Positions 48,991-61,431 of a stretch of DNA of 64,000 nt are shown here, in pieces. The notes below the pieces were generated by a model, which was not told where the DNA came from, did no database searches, and was given only the letters and a program-made list of their open reading frames with translations. The first letter of the stretch is position 1. The number at the start of each line of letters is the position of its first letter. A program made the position numbers and the translations under genes. Origin of the DNA: Bispira polyomma (taxonomy: Eukaryota); assembly GCA_965649765.1 (NCBI GenBank), contig OZ287754.1, positions 30,504,001-30,568,000 of the forward strand. The letters run 5' to 3'.

Positions 48991-50479
48991 AAGATTAACC
49001 TCCCCCAAAACATTCTTATATCCCTGAAGTAGTACATAAAGCATCACCAAAATTTTCTTCTTTTTTTTTTTTTTTTGTTTGTGCATGTATAAAACAGTTT
49101 TATGTCATCCGTCAAATAATAATACTACCATAAAAGCTTACTACTTATCCCCCCTATTTGTGTATAACTTCTATAATTTTATAACTATCTACAGGGAATT
49201 GCGTTTTGTTAAAAATTGGAGAGCACCTACCTCTCACTAAAATGTGTATTTATATAAAGTAAGGTTTATATTTCAAAGATCCAAAGTTTTGTTTTTATTC
49301 TTATGTAATATACCTTAACTGTGATGTTTTGGAACATTGGCTACACATATAATAATTTACAATTTTGGTTAGTTATGGTGGTGTTTGAATGTAGATTGTA
49401 TAAACTTTATTATGTCCAATGGTGCAGCTACCGGTAGTTGTTATTTTTTTATTTTTACTTCATACTGTGTATGATTAGCTCTGTAAGACACTGATGGGGT
49501 TGGCCACCCTTGACCCTCCAGGGTTCAAAACGTACTTTGTTAAAAAAGGGTGAATAAAACTGGGGAAAAAAACAACAAACAACAAAAAACTGAGTAACTA
49601 TTTGTTGTAAGAAACTATAATCTGTAAATCCTCTGATCTATCCAAGAAAAGAATGAAAGCATCACACCTTTCCTATGTATGCTCAGGCTATAAGCTAAGT
49701 AGTAATGTCTATGTGTGAACAACGATCAAATAGTTAGATCCCTTTTTACATGTGGGTAATATGTTGTATCCATTCATTAAAGCATAGAACATTAATCAAA
49801 GTATTTAATCATTACAGCACAAGAAGTCCTGTACAATTAACAATGCAAAAAGGGTGGAGAGTAATTTCATTAAAATATTTAAAAAATTCAAAAACTAAAG
49901 TGATATAAAAACTGATAAAATAGTAAAACCATATTTGTATAGGTTTTCATGATATAATTCATCTGTATTTCCAGATTTGAAGTCAATCATTTGAAGCATA
50001 ATAATACATAAAGACATTAATAATAGTTTAATTGTGTGTACTTGGAAAGTACTTAAAAAGTAATTGAAAGTACTTCACTTTTCTGGCAAGTACAACTACA
50101 AGTACTTTTAATTTCAAACCGTCACGTACAAATACAAGTACTCCAAAACTTGTATTTAAGTACAAGTACAAAGTACAAGTCTTTGTACTCGTCCCAGGCC
50201 TGCGACAGAGTTGAGGTAGTGCCACTCTGTAACAGATGTTTTAAACAAAGTCATAGAAACATACATGCTTCTTACCATTCCACAAACAGATATACCAATA
50301 CATGGTATATTTACCTATTCACTAATATTTTTCAACTAAAGCCAACTATATGCTAATCAGTCACAAACAAGTTACTAAGATACACATCACTTACATTATT
50401 TGGGCTCACATGTTTATTAAAATGTATCCTTGATTGACGTGGATTTCCCCTTACTGAAGGAAAGTCCCCTGGGTAGAAC

Positions 50480-50960
50480 AGGTCAAACAGGGATGGCCAA
50501 ACTTAAAAGTGCCTATATGTTGCTTATTTTTGGTCAAACAGTTTTTGCATGTGAAACAAAGCTATAGGAAATCATGGCATGGAAATCTTTTGATGTGGTC
50601 CAATTTGACCTTGGGCCCCTCCAAGGTCAAATGCGGATAGGCAAGCTTGAAAGTGTCTATACCTCACTTATTATTGGTCCCAGGGGTTTGGAATATGAAA
50701 CTAACCTGTAGGAAATCAAGGCCTGGGAATCTTTCGATGTGGTCCGATTTCACCTTGGGCCCCTTGTTCAAGGTCAGTCTTGGTCTTATTATTGGTTGTG
50801 GAGGTTTGGGATGGGAAACCAACCTATAGGAAATCATGGGTTGGTAATATTATGCTGTGATCAGATTTGACCTTGTACTCCTTGTGCAAGGTCAAATGGG
50901 TAGGCCAAACTTTAAAGTCCCTAAGTCACACTTATTATTAGTCCCAGAGGTTTGCAATGT
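50480..50960. repeat. Degenerate satellite-like repeat, about 145 bp unit, 3-4 copies
   Basis: Recurring GGTCAAA...CTTATTATTGGT...AACCTATAGGAAATCATGG...GATGTGGTCC.ATTT.ACCTTG. Confidence 0.7.
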
Positions 50961-50962
50961 AT

Positions 50963-51535
50963 TTTCAATACTTGTGGCCAGTGCTTTTGTCAGTAGTGGA
51001 CTGGATTACTGCAATTTGCTATTCAGGAGTCTCTCAAAGTTTAATTTACGTAAATTACAATGCATTCAAAATAGTGCAGCTAGAATTGTGTCAAACACCA
51101 GTCGATACACCAGTATAACTCCTGTTCTTAAGAAATTGCATTGGCTGCCTGTTGAACAGTGTTTAGTGTTTAAAACAGCTACACTTGTTTATAAGTTTCT
51201 TCACACTGGGTTTCCAAAATATTTTGCCCCATATCTTTCCACTTACAGTAGTTACTACAATACCAGACGTAGTCAGAGTGGTAGTCATTTCCTTGTTGTT
51301 CCAAAGTTCCGCCCATCTACTCAAAAGTTGGTTAAACAGTTTAGTCACAGCTTTGCTTTTGATCGTCCCACTGTTGGAATGCTCTTCCTGATGTGATTCA
51401 TCCTTCCCCCTCACTAGCCTGTTTTAGGAAGCAGCTAAAAACCCACTTAAATTGGATAACTGTCTTTTCTGTTGTTACGCCTTAGAGTCCCCGTCATTAA
51501 GGGGAGATTTAGCGCTATAAAAGTCTAATTACAAT
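50963..51535 (+). mobile_element. 3' fragment of the same L2/CR1-group subfamily as 38817-42660
   Basis: SLSKFNLRKLQCIQNSAARIVSNTSRYTSITPVLKKL shared verbatim; intact 3' hairpin and AGCGCTATAAAAG. Confidence 0.9.
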
Positions 51536-52009
51536 TGTTTAAAGTTGTTTGGATGTATACATTGGACATAGAAACCATTATATAATAGGTTGGAAGGTCT
51601 GTGCTACTGCTAAGGAGGCCTCTATGGAATCAAGGTATACATAAATTGCATCACTTTTCCAATGTCAATGAATTTTGATTTTTTTTAAAGGCAGTGCCTT
51701 TGTTAAATGCTAATGTTGCACCGCTCCTGTGGAAAGAGTGAAACTTAAATTTTGAATGATCATAACCCAATACTGTCCACATAGAAGGCAATACCTGTCT
51801 AGCTTTAGATGCCTGCAATAATCTACATTTCGCTGAGACAGTAGTAAAAACAATGGTTTAGAAGAAGTGGCAGGTATTCTAGTGAACATTACAATAAGGG
51901 CCTTGATAGGGCAGAAAACTCCAGAAAAAGGAATGACATTTTCCTGAGGAATTTGCCACCATTAAAAAGTTTGTAATTGCTGTTTTTGCTTTTGATTACC
52001 AGGTGCAAA

Positions 52010-53110
52010 CTACCTAGACATGCAATCTGCTTCTGCATTGGCCTTGCTCATAACGTGCACATATTGCAATTGAATCTCTAACATTGCTGCCACACATCAC
52101 AATGAACCGTGCATATAACATTAAATGCACATCACATGTTTTACCCGATATCAAAATTTGTACAACTGCTTTATTGTCACAATATACTCTGATAGATTGG
52201 CCTCTCCATAAATGGCCCCTTGTCTTAAATATTACTCACACATTGATCATTTCAAGGTGAACTATAGTATGAACTGCAGAAAACAAGTGTGGATATGTCG
52301 CCGCGTATATATTGGAAACCCAATTAGCACCTATGTGAGAGATGCATCCATGTGGACTGTATGATTATTAGTTTCGGGGCCACATATGACCACACTGCCA
52401 TTAAATTTTTCAGAAATGTATTTAACCACAGTATGTCCTGAAAAAATCCATTGTCCAATGTGACATTAAAGTATAAATCTTGTTTAGTCGTTTTGTACGA
52501 GTCATCCAGGTGAGACAGCAGTTCTTAATTTCAAATAATTTCTCTACAGCAATTTGGACTTTACCCGCTTTCGCACCTACTAAAATTCCAATACACACTA
52601 CACCCCTTTGTGGTGGAGTTAATTTCTTCTTGTTTGTGGGCAAATCCAAAACGTGGACAGATTTAGTAACAGTTAAAAAGCTTGTTCAGAAGTTTTAGGT
52701 TCATGTACGCAAATGATGTCGTCAATGTACCCCTTAATTGAAATTTGCTTCTCTGCTATAACGTCCGGATTAAGTCCACTCTTCGCTGCATCTGCGCAGA
52801 TCCATGGCAATAGCCAAAAGCAATACTCGCATCTGCAAAATGTTACAAAAATTCTGAATGGGTGCTTTACATCCTCCTTAAATATATGAGCTCCCGGGCC
52901 TATGCGAGCAATATATTGTACTATAGGATCAATGTTAGGGTATGACCACACCAAAGGGCAACCACTATGTTCACTTATCAAGACATTACTGTTTACTGAA
53001 TTCCTATAAAGATATGACACGTTAACTATAATCCGTCTTGAATAATTTTTCTTGTGTCTAGAAAGGAGTGGAGAAACATGCAGAGGATTTACTGGTGATT
53101 TCATCTATTA
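52010..53110 (-). mobile_element. DIRS/Ngaro-like retrotransposon RT-RNase H remnant
   Basis: PLHVSPL..RRII..SVNS, YPNID..IGPGAHIFKED, GYIDDII, IVHLEMINV, RVYCDNKAVV, NAEADCMSR; heavily decayed. Confidence 0.75.
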
Positions 53111-53619
53111 TTGGCCCAGTATATATACACATTTTCATCAAACGGGAATTAATCTCTATGACAAGTATGTGCACCCTTTTCTCACTGAATAGCCCAGGCA
53201 TTTAAAAGGGATTATATTAACAGCATAAGAAAAAGTACAACGGCCACAGTATAGAACACTGAATTTAAGTTTACAGGCTCACTGGTCACGCTTGCTAATT
53301 GCATCTTAAAACCAGAAGGATTACACCCTCTATCTGTATACACAAGGCCTGTTATATACACTTTTCAAACAAGATGGGATTTATATATGTCATTTTTCTT
53401 GAATACAGGAAGAATTTAAAAAAGGCTTACACTGGCAGCACAGATATTATTATAATCCAAAGAATAATAATTCTGTTCACATTTTAGAGAAGAATGGACA
53501 TAAGAGTTTAACTAAAACAAGAACCCACCCACAAGTTAGTAAAACACACTAAATTGGCTAAAAAGTACATGATTATTTCATTTATCTGAGACAAAGTAAG
53601 AATAGTGCTTTTTGAATCT

Positions 53620-55670
53620 GTAACATAGCATAAATCTATAATATTTCCGCAATTTTGACATGTTTTTCATCGAACTGAGAACTTAAAATAGTGGTTACAT
53701 TGCCTGAATTTAAATCAACAAAACCTAATTGATCCTTTCTAAGGTTATATTTATAACACAGTCTATTTATACTATTGCATTAGCTTGAACTACTACCATT
53801 TAATGCTAAGAACAAACAAGTTGAGACACAAGTATTATCACTTTTTAATACACTCTGTAGAAATTTCAAAAGACGCCTATCCAACTGAACATCATATTTT
53901 TCTGACACATTTACCTCATTGAGTATAAAAATAATTTACCTCATCTGAAGAGGTATCCCACAACACAGAGCCATATAACGGCATACAATATGTTTTGAAC
54001 AGTTTATATCTTACAAATGCAAAACAACTTGGAAATTATCTAAGAATTCCATTAGTAAGAGTAATAAACTTTCTACAACTTTCAGTGATGTTTTGTTCAT
54101 TAGAATTATTACCAATTACAAGTGGAAGAATTTTAGAGAAATATTTTAGTTTATATTTTTTTTTGGTTAAACTTTACATTAAACTCAGAACCATATACAT
54201 GCACAAAATGTAGCATTTGTTTTAAAGGATTTACAAAAGGGCATAATAAAACTACATCATCAGCATAATTAAGACACCCTAAGTACAATGTACCTACATG
54301 ACAGCCTAATCTGGAGCACTTAAGCTGATAAAGTAACTCATCTATATATGAGGCAAAAAGTATAGGTGATAATATGCCACTATGGTATTTTCCCATTTAA
54401 CTTTTGCAGACTGATTTGTGTACATTATAGCCAAGACCCTAGCTAATATTGGAAATAACCCTTTACGTCTCATAATTGTAAATAATTTTACATATTTAAC
54501 ACGATCAAAAGCTTTAGTAGCGTCCAATAAACATACAAATACATCTGAGTCATTGTTTAAATAATATTTAACAGTTTCATTTGCAACCAAGGTACATATT
54601 GTGGTTGAGTGACCAGACTTGAAACCAAATTGTAGTTCTGAAGACTTTAGTTTTCCCCAATGTTGATTTAGTATTATACGATCAAACAATTTGCCAACAA
54701 TACTACACAGAGCAATACCACGATAATTACCTGTTGAATTTAATGATTTGTGTTTACATTTAGGAATTGGTAGAATAATACAAGACAGCATTCCCTTTGG
54801 AGCCTAACCTTGAATTAACATTGATTAAAACATAAGTGACATCAAATACCTCATTCGAGTACTACATTGAATAAGATGATCAGAATAGTATGGACATTCA
54901 CCATCAACTTTACCAGCTTTCAAGCCATTTATGGCATCATCAACATTAGAAAATTTAATCTAATGAGAGAAAAAACGACTGCCAATAACATTTATTCATG
55001 ATATCATTATCGATTTCATACAACAAATTTTGCATTTCATTTTTATCACACGAAAAAAGTTATAAGATGCTCTAATTTCACTTCACCCGTTTTACCATCT
55101 ACACAGTGTGGTAATTTTTTTTACAACCATTAACCATTAACCATGTTTTTTACATCTCTCCAGAAAAGTATTACTTTTGTTCTGGAGTAAAGTAGTTTTT
55201 TATTTGACACATTAAAATCTTTATGCTTCTTTACATGCTTAGTGGTACAACAATCTTGTGTGATTTCTCACATTAGGTAAGGCACCAGAACGAGGACAAC
55301 CACAATCTTTCCACACCTTGTGCCAAAATATTGCTTTATCTTTATAATCTTTTACATGCTCAGACCAACTTGGAACATGCTTGACATTCATCCTAGAACT
55401 GTTTTGTGGCAACATATCAATTTCAGCTGGTACACAAGCCTCAGTACTACAGAAAATATCTGAAACTTGATTATAATGCATTTTACTGCTGCATTTAAAA
55501 TCATTACATGACAATGCACTATTACTGATTTAAATGTTTTAAAATAACAATCTAGTTTTCTTTTATAATTATCTATGTGATATTTAGTACATTTTCTAAT
55601 TCTGAGTACTGTTACCACTGTTTTAAACTGGAATAGATAATGTAATATTAACAGGTAAATGGTCAGAACA
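53620..55670 (-). mobile_element. Decayed non-LTR retrotransposon ORF2 (clade uncertain)
   Basis: SDHLP (end of APE), NYRGIAL, QFGFKSGHST, LLDATKAFDRV, LSPILF, NYADD. Confidence 0.85.
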
Positions 55671-57135
55671 TAATATATATATATATATATAAATATACAA
55701 GGCTCTACTGTACTGTTGTAAACTTTTACTCACGGTTAAGGAGTATTTTAGACAGAAAAATCAGCACTTCTAAAGAAGGTCAAGATTGTGGTACCAGCTA
55801 AAAGCAATTTATTGCTTTAAAACATCCTTAAAAACCTTTTTGTATAAAACAACTTTTGATAATTTATAATTTTATTCTAAGGGACATTTTTTTTTGCAGC
55901 ACTTTTAAACATGTTGTGGGAAAGGCACTTTATAAACCTGTTTATTATTATCACTGTTATGAAGAAGGTTTAATTTACACAATTTATTTCATTTTTCCAT
56001 ATATGTATATATTTCTATGTGTTTGTACAACTTCAAAAATAATATTTTTTAAATGTATAAGTTCAATCTTAAAAAACTTTTTCCTTATTTCAAATACTTC
56101 AAATACACCACTGAATTGCAAAGTTGGATGGTTAAATTAGAAAAATAAATTGTAAATTGTACTTAACACACAAGAGATACATAGATATTACTGCAATTTC
56201 CTAGTAAGACTGAAGTGGCAATTACATACACATAAAATAATGTAAATGATTTAAACATAACCATATGACATAAAATTAATAGTCATTTTACTGTATGTTT
56301 GTTTTTTGTTTTGTTTTTTTCAGAGAACACTAAAAATATCAGATTATGACTTGCAATCTTATTAAAAAAAAGAATAAAAGCCACAAAACTTCACCTTCAA
56401 ACAAAATTATACAAAGTTTTACTTTATGTTTCAATCTCTGTAAAAAATGCAACCAACTAATGCATATTATTGCAAATTATTCCTTAACTACACTCTAAAA
56501 TTACTCATTACTCAATAAAAATAATTTTAATATATAACATGTCATATTTTATACACAGTAAAATCTCTATTATCCAACATGTTGGGACAACACGATTTTG
56601 TTTGAAAAATAAAAAGTACATACATTAAATTAGTAAATTCAAACATTCAATTAGTAGAACAGTTATTTTTGTTTATAAAAACATAAAAACATAGATTTAG
56701 TACCTGAAGTGAGTATATAAATTGAATATCAGATAACAGAAGTTTGGATAAGTTTGGAGGTTTTACTGCATTACTAAATGACTTGCCCCAAAATAAATTT
56801 GAAGTATTTTTGTTTTTGAGACATGAGCCTTAATATATATTTCTTTCTATATGATAAAACTGTTTTAAAGCTGTCTTAAAGATCACTAGAAATACTGTAA
56901 ATGTTTTTGTCAGAAAGTCTAGTTTGTTCAGGGAGTCCAACCCTTTGTTTGACTGCTATCTTGGCGGCTTTAACCACAGCCGGTACAGGATCTTAAACAG
57001 GGTTTTTTACTTTAATAGCTAAAGGTGGATGCCGAAAGAAAAGGCCTGTTTGGGACTATGGACCTCTTTTCACAAAACAGGAAAATTGAGTCAACATAGT
57101 TTTACTTCAAAGGGTGTCTGAATTATTATTATTAT

Positions 57136-57956
57136 TGTTACATATGGGGACATTGTGGTGTGTTGAAGAAAAACCGGTCTAGTTAGTACTAATGGTCTTA
57201 CACTCTGCTAGAGTGATCTATTTATAGATTTGAGGAAACCCCTAAGCTTCTAGAAACCGGTTCTATTTTATTTCTGAAGGTTATTAAAGTTGTATTCATA
57301 TGTATATCTCATCTCTGGAATGTCCTGGCGATTGCTTACACGTTCTAGCAACCTTCTCTAGCAGTGGTATATATAAGGGTTGACAGCCTGGCCACAGACC
57401 AGAGTTAATTGAGCTGAGGTGCTATATGAGGTGCTATATGAATGCTATATGAACTACTATACTGTGGATATAAACTGTTTGTTATATACATTTTGTGGTG
57501 AACTCATTGGAGTGAACTAGATAAGAGTTGTGGATCTACCAGAGATTGGATTTACTGCATATTGGATATTGTTTGCATCCTGGACTGGATAGCTTAGTTG
57601 TGCAGACTATCTGGATATATACATTTTGTGTTTGTGGACGCTGAACGGATAACAGGATACAGGCATTGTGTGGACATTGAGCGGATCTCAAGACAGATTG
57701 CTGGATACAGTGGACAAACTGGTTTAATTGTTATTTATGTAGACAGGACTGTGGCCAGGTCAGATTGGTTTCATTATTGTATTATTGTGTGAACTATTAA
57801 GGGTATCTCAGTTGACTGTAATTTTATAATTTTGTAATTCTGTAATTGTTATTTTATTTGTTAAATAAATTTGTTAAGCGGAACTTTTTGTCTTTTCCTG
57901 TTACAACCTCAAAGCAACCGGTAATTGCTACCGCGTTTGCTCCCGTGACCGTAACA
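57136..57956 (+). repeat. 5' LTR
   Basis: TGTTAC...GTAACA; TATA-like GGTATATATAAGG near 57366 and AATAAA near 57864. Confidence 0.95.
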
Positions 57957-57963
57957 GGAAAAT

Positions 57964-57981
57964 TGGGGGCTCGTCCGGGAT
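57964..57981 (+). promoter_or_regulatory. Primer-binding site, tRNA-Pro
   Basis: TGGGGGCTCGTCCGGGAT, the established tRNA-Pro PBS sequence, 7 nt after the LTR. Confidence 0.9.
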
Positions 57982-58066
57982 CTAACCATTTGATCTAACT
58001 ATTTTATAGCTTTTTGAAAAATCATTTATTTTGTTGAAAAATATATTACAGTCAGCAGTGCTCAAA

Positions 58067-60508
58067 ATGGCTAGTGCTAAAGAGTTTGTACAGTCACCAT
58101 CTATTGAGGTTCTAGAAACTTTTAAAAAAGATATGTTAATGCATATAGCACAGGAATTACAGTTAGATGTGAAAAGGTCAACACATAAACATGAACTTAA
58201 AAGGCTTATTGTTGAACAGTTAGTTGATGAAGACCTTTTGCATGATAGTTGTTTAGAAGTGTATGAACCTCTGCCAATGGAACCTTCTGGCCAATTTGAG
58301 ATCAGGCGATTAGAAATTGAAAGAGATCTAAAACTTAAAGAGCTTGAAGCTCAGCAGCGTAAAGAAGAGCTTGAGGCTCAAAGGCGAAAAGAAGAGCTTG
58401 AGGCTCAAAAATTTGAAAAAGAGCTTGAGCATGAAAGGGAAATGAAGGCTTTGGAACTCAATGCTCGCCGAATTGCCCATGAAGAGTCCATGGCAACCAA
58501 ATTTGATTTGGGTAAAAATATGCGACTGGTACCACCTTTCAGCGAGTCCGAAGTTGATAAATATTTTCAACACTTTGAACGAGTGGCTCAAAATTTGAAA
58601 TGGCCCACAAACCAGTGGCCTTTATTGCTGCAAAGTGTTTTCAAAGGCAAAGCCCAAGAGGCATATACAGCTTTGCCAATTTCTGAATGTAGAGATTATG
58701 ACTGTGTGAAAAATGCTATCTTGAAAGCATATGAGTTGGTACCAGAAGCATATCGTCAAAAATTCAGAAATTATCGTAAGCAAGAAAATCAAACTTATGT
58801 TGAATTTGCCCATGAAAAAGAAGTGTACTTTGACAGATGGTGTAATTCTAGAGAAGTTGGCACAGACTTTGAAAAGCTTAGGCAAGTCATTTTAATTGAG
58901 GAGTTCAAAAGGGGTGTTCGTGATGACATTAAAACTTATCTGGATGAACAGAAAGTAGAAAATTTGCAAAAAGCAGCAGCTTATGCTGATGATTATGCGC
59001 TGACTCACAAGTCCACTTATAACAAGAGTAAATCCTCTGGTCCCACGAAGAAGTTTTATCCTGAAATAGGAAAGAAATTCGAAAATGTAGCTCCAGAAAA
59101 GAGTTCCGATAAGTTTCAAACAACAAATCAGACAATGAGTAAGGATAGGAAACCTAGGTCCTTTGCTCCTGTGTGCCATTGCTGTAAAAAACCTGGGCAT
59201 GTTATGTCTGACTGTTGGCTCCTTAAGAAAAGGAGAGAAAAGGAGGCAACACCTAATGCCTTTATTTCTAGCAAATCTAATTGGCGTTCAAATCCCAATA
59301 GAGCAGAACCTAGTATTGGTTTAGACAAGTCTGAGATTAGGGATGAATTCAAACCTTTTGTGTCTGAGGGTTTTGTATCCTTAGATAGTAGTTCCAGTCA
59401 AGTTCCCATTAGGATACTAAGAGACACTGGGGCTACTCAGTCATTGCTTTTAGAAGGGGTATTGCCATTGAGTGTAAGCACTTCTACTGGTGAGAGTATT
59501 ATTGCTCAAGGTATTGAAGGAGGTTGTGTAAACATTCCCTTACATAAGGTCAACTTAGTATCAGACTTAGTTACTGGTTCTGTTGTGGTGGGTACCAGGC
59601 CCACTTTACCCATTAAAGGGGTGTCTTTGCTGTTGGGAAATGATTTGGCAGGTGGCAAGGTGGTTGCTGATCCTAAGGTTACTTCTAAGAGGATCACTTT
59701 GGTTAGCACTGAGAAATTAGAAGAGGTTATTCCTGGTATTTTTCCCTCCTGTGCTGTGACTCGAGCTATGGCTAAAAAAGCCCAAGAAGAACCAAAAGAT
59801 TGTAAACAATCTACAGATGTCTTAGTTGATTTATCAGATACATTCTTAAACAACTATGACCATGATGTGAAAAATCATAGTGATATTGACCCTAAAGGTA
59901 GGGAAGATTCTGAAAAACAAGACCCAAATGATGATCCAGATGTATCACTCTCAAAATCAAAATTGATTGTAGAGCAGGAAAATGACCCTGAATTAGCCCC
60001 TCTATTCAAATTGGTGTTACCACCAGTAGAGCTAAATAAGGTCCCAGTAGGCTATTATATCAGAAATGGTGTGCTTATGCGAAAGTGGAGGCCACCAAGT
60101 GTCCCTACCTCTGAGAACTGGTCAATACTTCATCAGATTGTATTACCAAAAGTCTACCAAAATGATGTATTGAGGTTAGCTCATGAGTCTCCAATGGGTG
60201 GCCATTTAGGCATCAATAAAACCTATGGCAAAATAACCAAGCATTTCTACTGGCCTCAAATCCGGCACTGTGTGGCAGAATTTTGTAAAACTTGTCACAT
60301 TTGTCAAGTTGTAGGAAAACCAAACCAAAAGATTCCTGTAGCTCCTCTAAAACCCATTCCAGCATTTGAGGAACCATTCAGCAAAGTGATAATTGATTGT
60401 GTAGGCCCCTTACCAAGGACTAAATCCAGAAACCAATATCTCTTAACTATTATGTGTGCCTCAACCAGATTCCCTGAAGCCATACCTTTGACCAGCATAA
60501 CAGCCTGA
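58067..60508 (+). CDS. Gag-protease-truncated integrase polyprotein
   Basis: ATG at 58067 (MASAKE); zinc knuckle CHCCKKPGHVMSDC; protease LRDTGA; integrase HHCC (AHESPMGGH..CKTCHIC) and IIDCVGPLP, cut off at 60508. Confidence 0.85.
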   Translation: MASAKEFVQSPSIEVLETFKKDMLMHIAQELQLDVKRSTHKHELKRLIVEQLVDEDLLHDSCLEVYEPLPMEPSGQFEIRRLEIERDLKLKELEAQQRKEELEAQRRKEELEAQKFEKELEHEREMKALELNARRIAHEESMATKFDLGKNMRLVPPFSESEVDKYFQHFERVAQNLKWPTNQWPLLLQSVFKGKAQEAYTALPISECRDYDCVKNAILKAYELVPEAYRQKFRNYRKQENQTYVEFAHEKEVYFDRWCNSREVGTDFEKLRQVILIEEFKRGVRDDIKTYLDEQKVENLQKAAAYADDYALTHKSTYNKSKSSGPTKKFYPEIGKKFENVAPEKSSDKFQTTNQTMSKDRKPRSFAPVCHCCKKPGHVMSDCWLLKKRREKEATPNAFISSKSNWRSNPNRAEPSIGLDKSEIRDEFKPFVSEGFVSLDSSSSQVPIRILRDTGATQSLLLEGVLPLSVSTSTGESIIAQGIEGGCVNIPLHKVNLVSDLVTGSVVVGTRPTLPIKGVSLLLGNDLAGGKVVADPKVTSKRITLVSTEKLEEVIPGIFPSCAVTRAMAKKAQEEPKDCKQSTDVLVDLSDTFLNNYDHDVKNHSDIDPKGREDSEKQDPNDDPDVSLSKSKLIVEQENDPELAPLFKLVLPPVELNKVPVGYYIRNGVLMRKWRPPSVPTSENWSILHQIVLPKVYQNDVLRLAHESPMGGHLGINKTYGKITKHFYWPQIRHCVAEFCKTCHICQVVGKPNQKIPVAPLKPIPAFEEPFSKVIIDCVGPLPRTKSRNQYLLTIMCASTRFPEAIPLTSITA

Positions 60509-60524
60509 AGCCTGAAGCCTTACT

Positions 60525-61238
60525 GTGAATCTATCGAAAAGTGACTTTGTAAAAGCAAAGGTTGTTTACTTAGGGCATGTAGTTGGTCATGGAGTTGTGA
60601 CGCCAATTAAAGCAAAAGTTGAAAGCATCATTGACTATCCCATTCCTAGAAATAAGAAAAGTTTAATGAGGTTCCTGGGAATGTCAGGTTATTATAGAAA
60701 ATTTTGTAAAAATTTCTCAGATGTCACTGCTCCACTGACTGAGCTCTTGAAAAAAAACGTAAAATATCACTGGTCTGAAACTTGTCAAAAAGCATTTGAC
60801 AAAGTAAAAAATGTTCTCTGTTCGGAGCCTGTACTAACTGCTCCAGACTTCAGTAGACCATTTCGGTTAGCTGTGGATGCCAGTGATGTCGGGACAGGTG
60901 CAGTTTTACTGCAGACTGATGATGAAGATATTGAACATCCCATTTGTTATTTTTCAAAAAAATTTAACGTACATCAAAAGAATTACTCTACAATAGAAAA
61001 GGAATGTTTAGCCCTCATTTTAGCCATTAAACACTTTGATATATATATATCTTCATCATCAAAACCAACTATTGTGTACACAGATCACAACCCTTTAGTA
61101 TTCTTGCACAAAATGAAAAACAAAAACAGACGTCTATTGAATTGGAGTTTGGTTTTGCAAGAATACAGTTTACAAATAGAGCATGTTAAAGGAAAGGATA
61201 ACATTTGTGCTGATGCTCTATCAAGAAGTTGTAGTTAA
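60525..61238 (+). pseudogene. RT thumb plus RNase H remnant
   Basis: YLGHVV, RFLGMSGYYRKF, AVDASDVG, YSTIEKECLA, YTDHNPL, ADALSR; the RT catalytic palm is absent. Confidence 0.9.
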
Positions 61239-61420
61239 AGGTTATTTTGTATGTTAGTAACTGAAAAGTTGTAACTTATAAAACTTAGATGTTTACTTAT
61301 GGATATTACTTGTGTAACTTAAAATACAATGTTTCATGGATCAATATGTACACTGTATGTTCACTTATGTTTTGTGTAATATGAAATTTTGTAACCCCTT
61401 GGCTTCCAAAATTTTTCTTT

Positions 61421-61431
61421 AAGGGGGGAGG
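61421..61431 (+). promoter_or_regulatory. Polypurine tract
   Basis: AAGGGGGGAGG immediately before the 3' LTR. Confidence 0.9.

Larger units (their letters stand above)
37620..49590 (+). mobile_element. Decayed L1/Tx1-clade LINE (ORF1-NADAR, long spacer, ORF2, A-rich tail)
   Basis: ORF1 and ORF2 remnants are co-oriented and in order; AATAAA and an A-rich tail at about 49553-49590; 5' end truncated or unresolved. Confidence 0.75.
36982..50202. mobile_element. Non-autonomous hAT-type DNA element split by nested insertions
   Basis: Termini CAGGGCTG and CAGGCCTG, dense subterminal AAGTAC repeats at both ends (36995-37100, 50038-50190), 8-bp flanks AGACAGAG and CGACAGAG (7/8 match). Confidence 0.7.

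Noticed and set aside
58328-60498. Several antisense ORFs over gag-pol, and similar ones over the LINEs
   Set aside because: Shadow frames of real coding sequence with no independent evidence.
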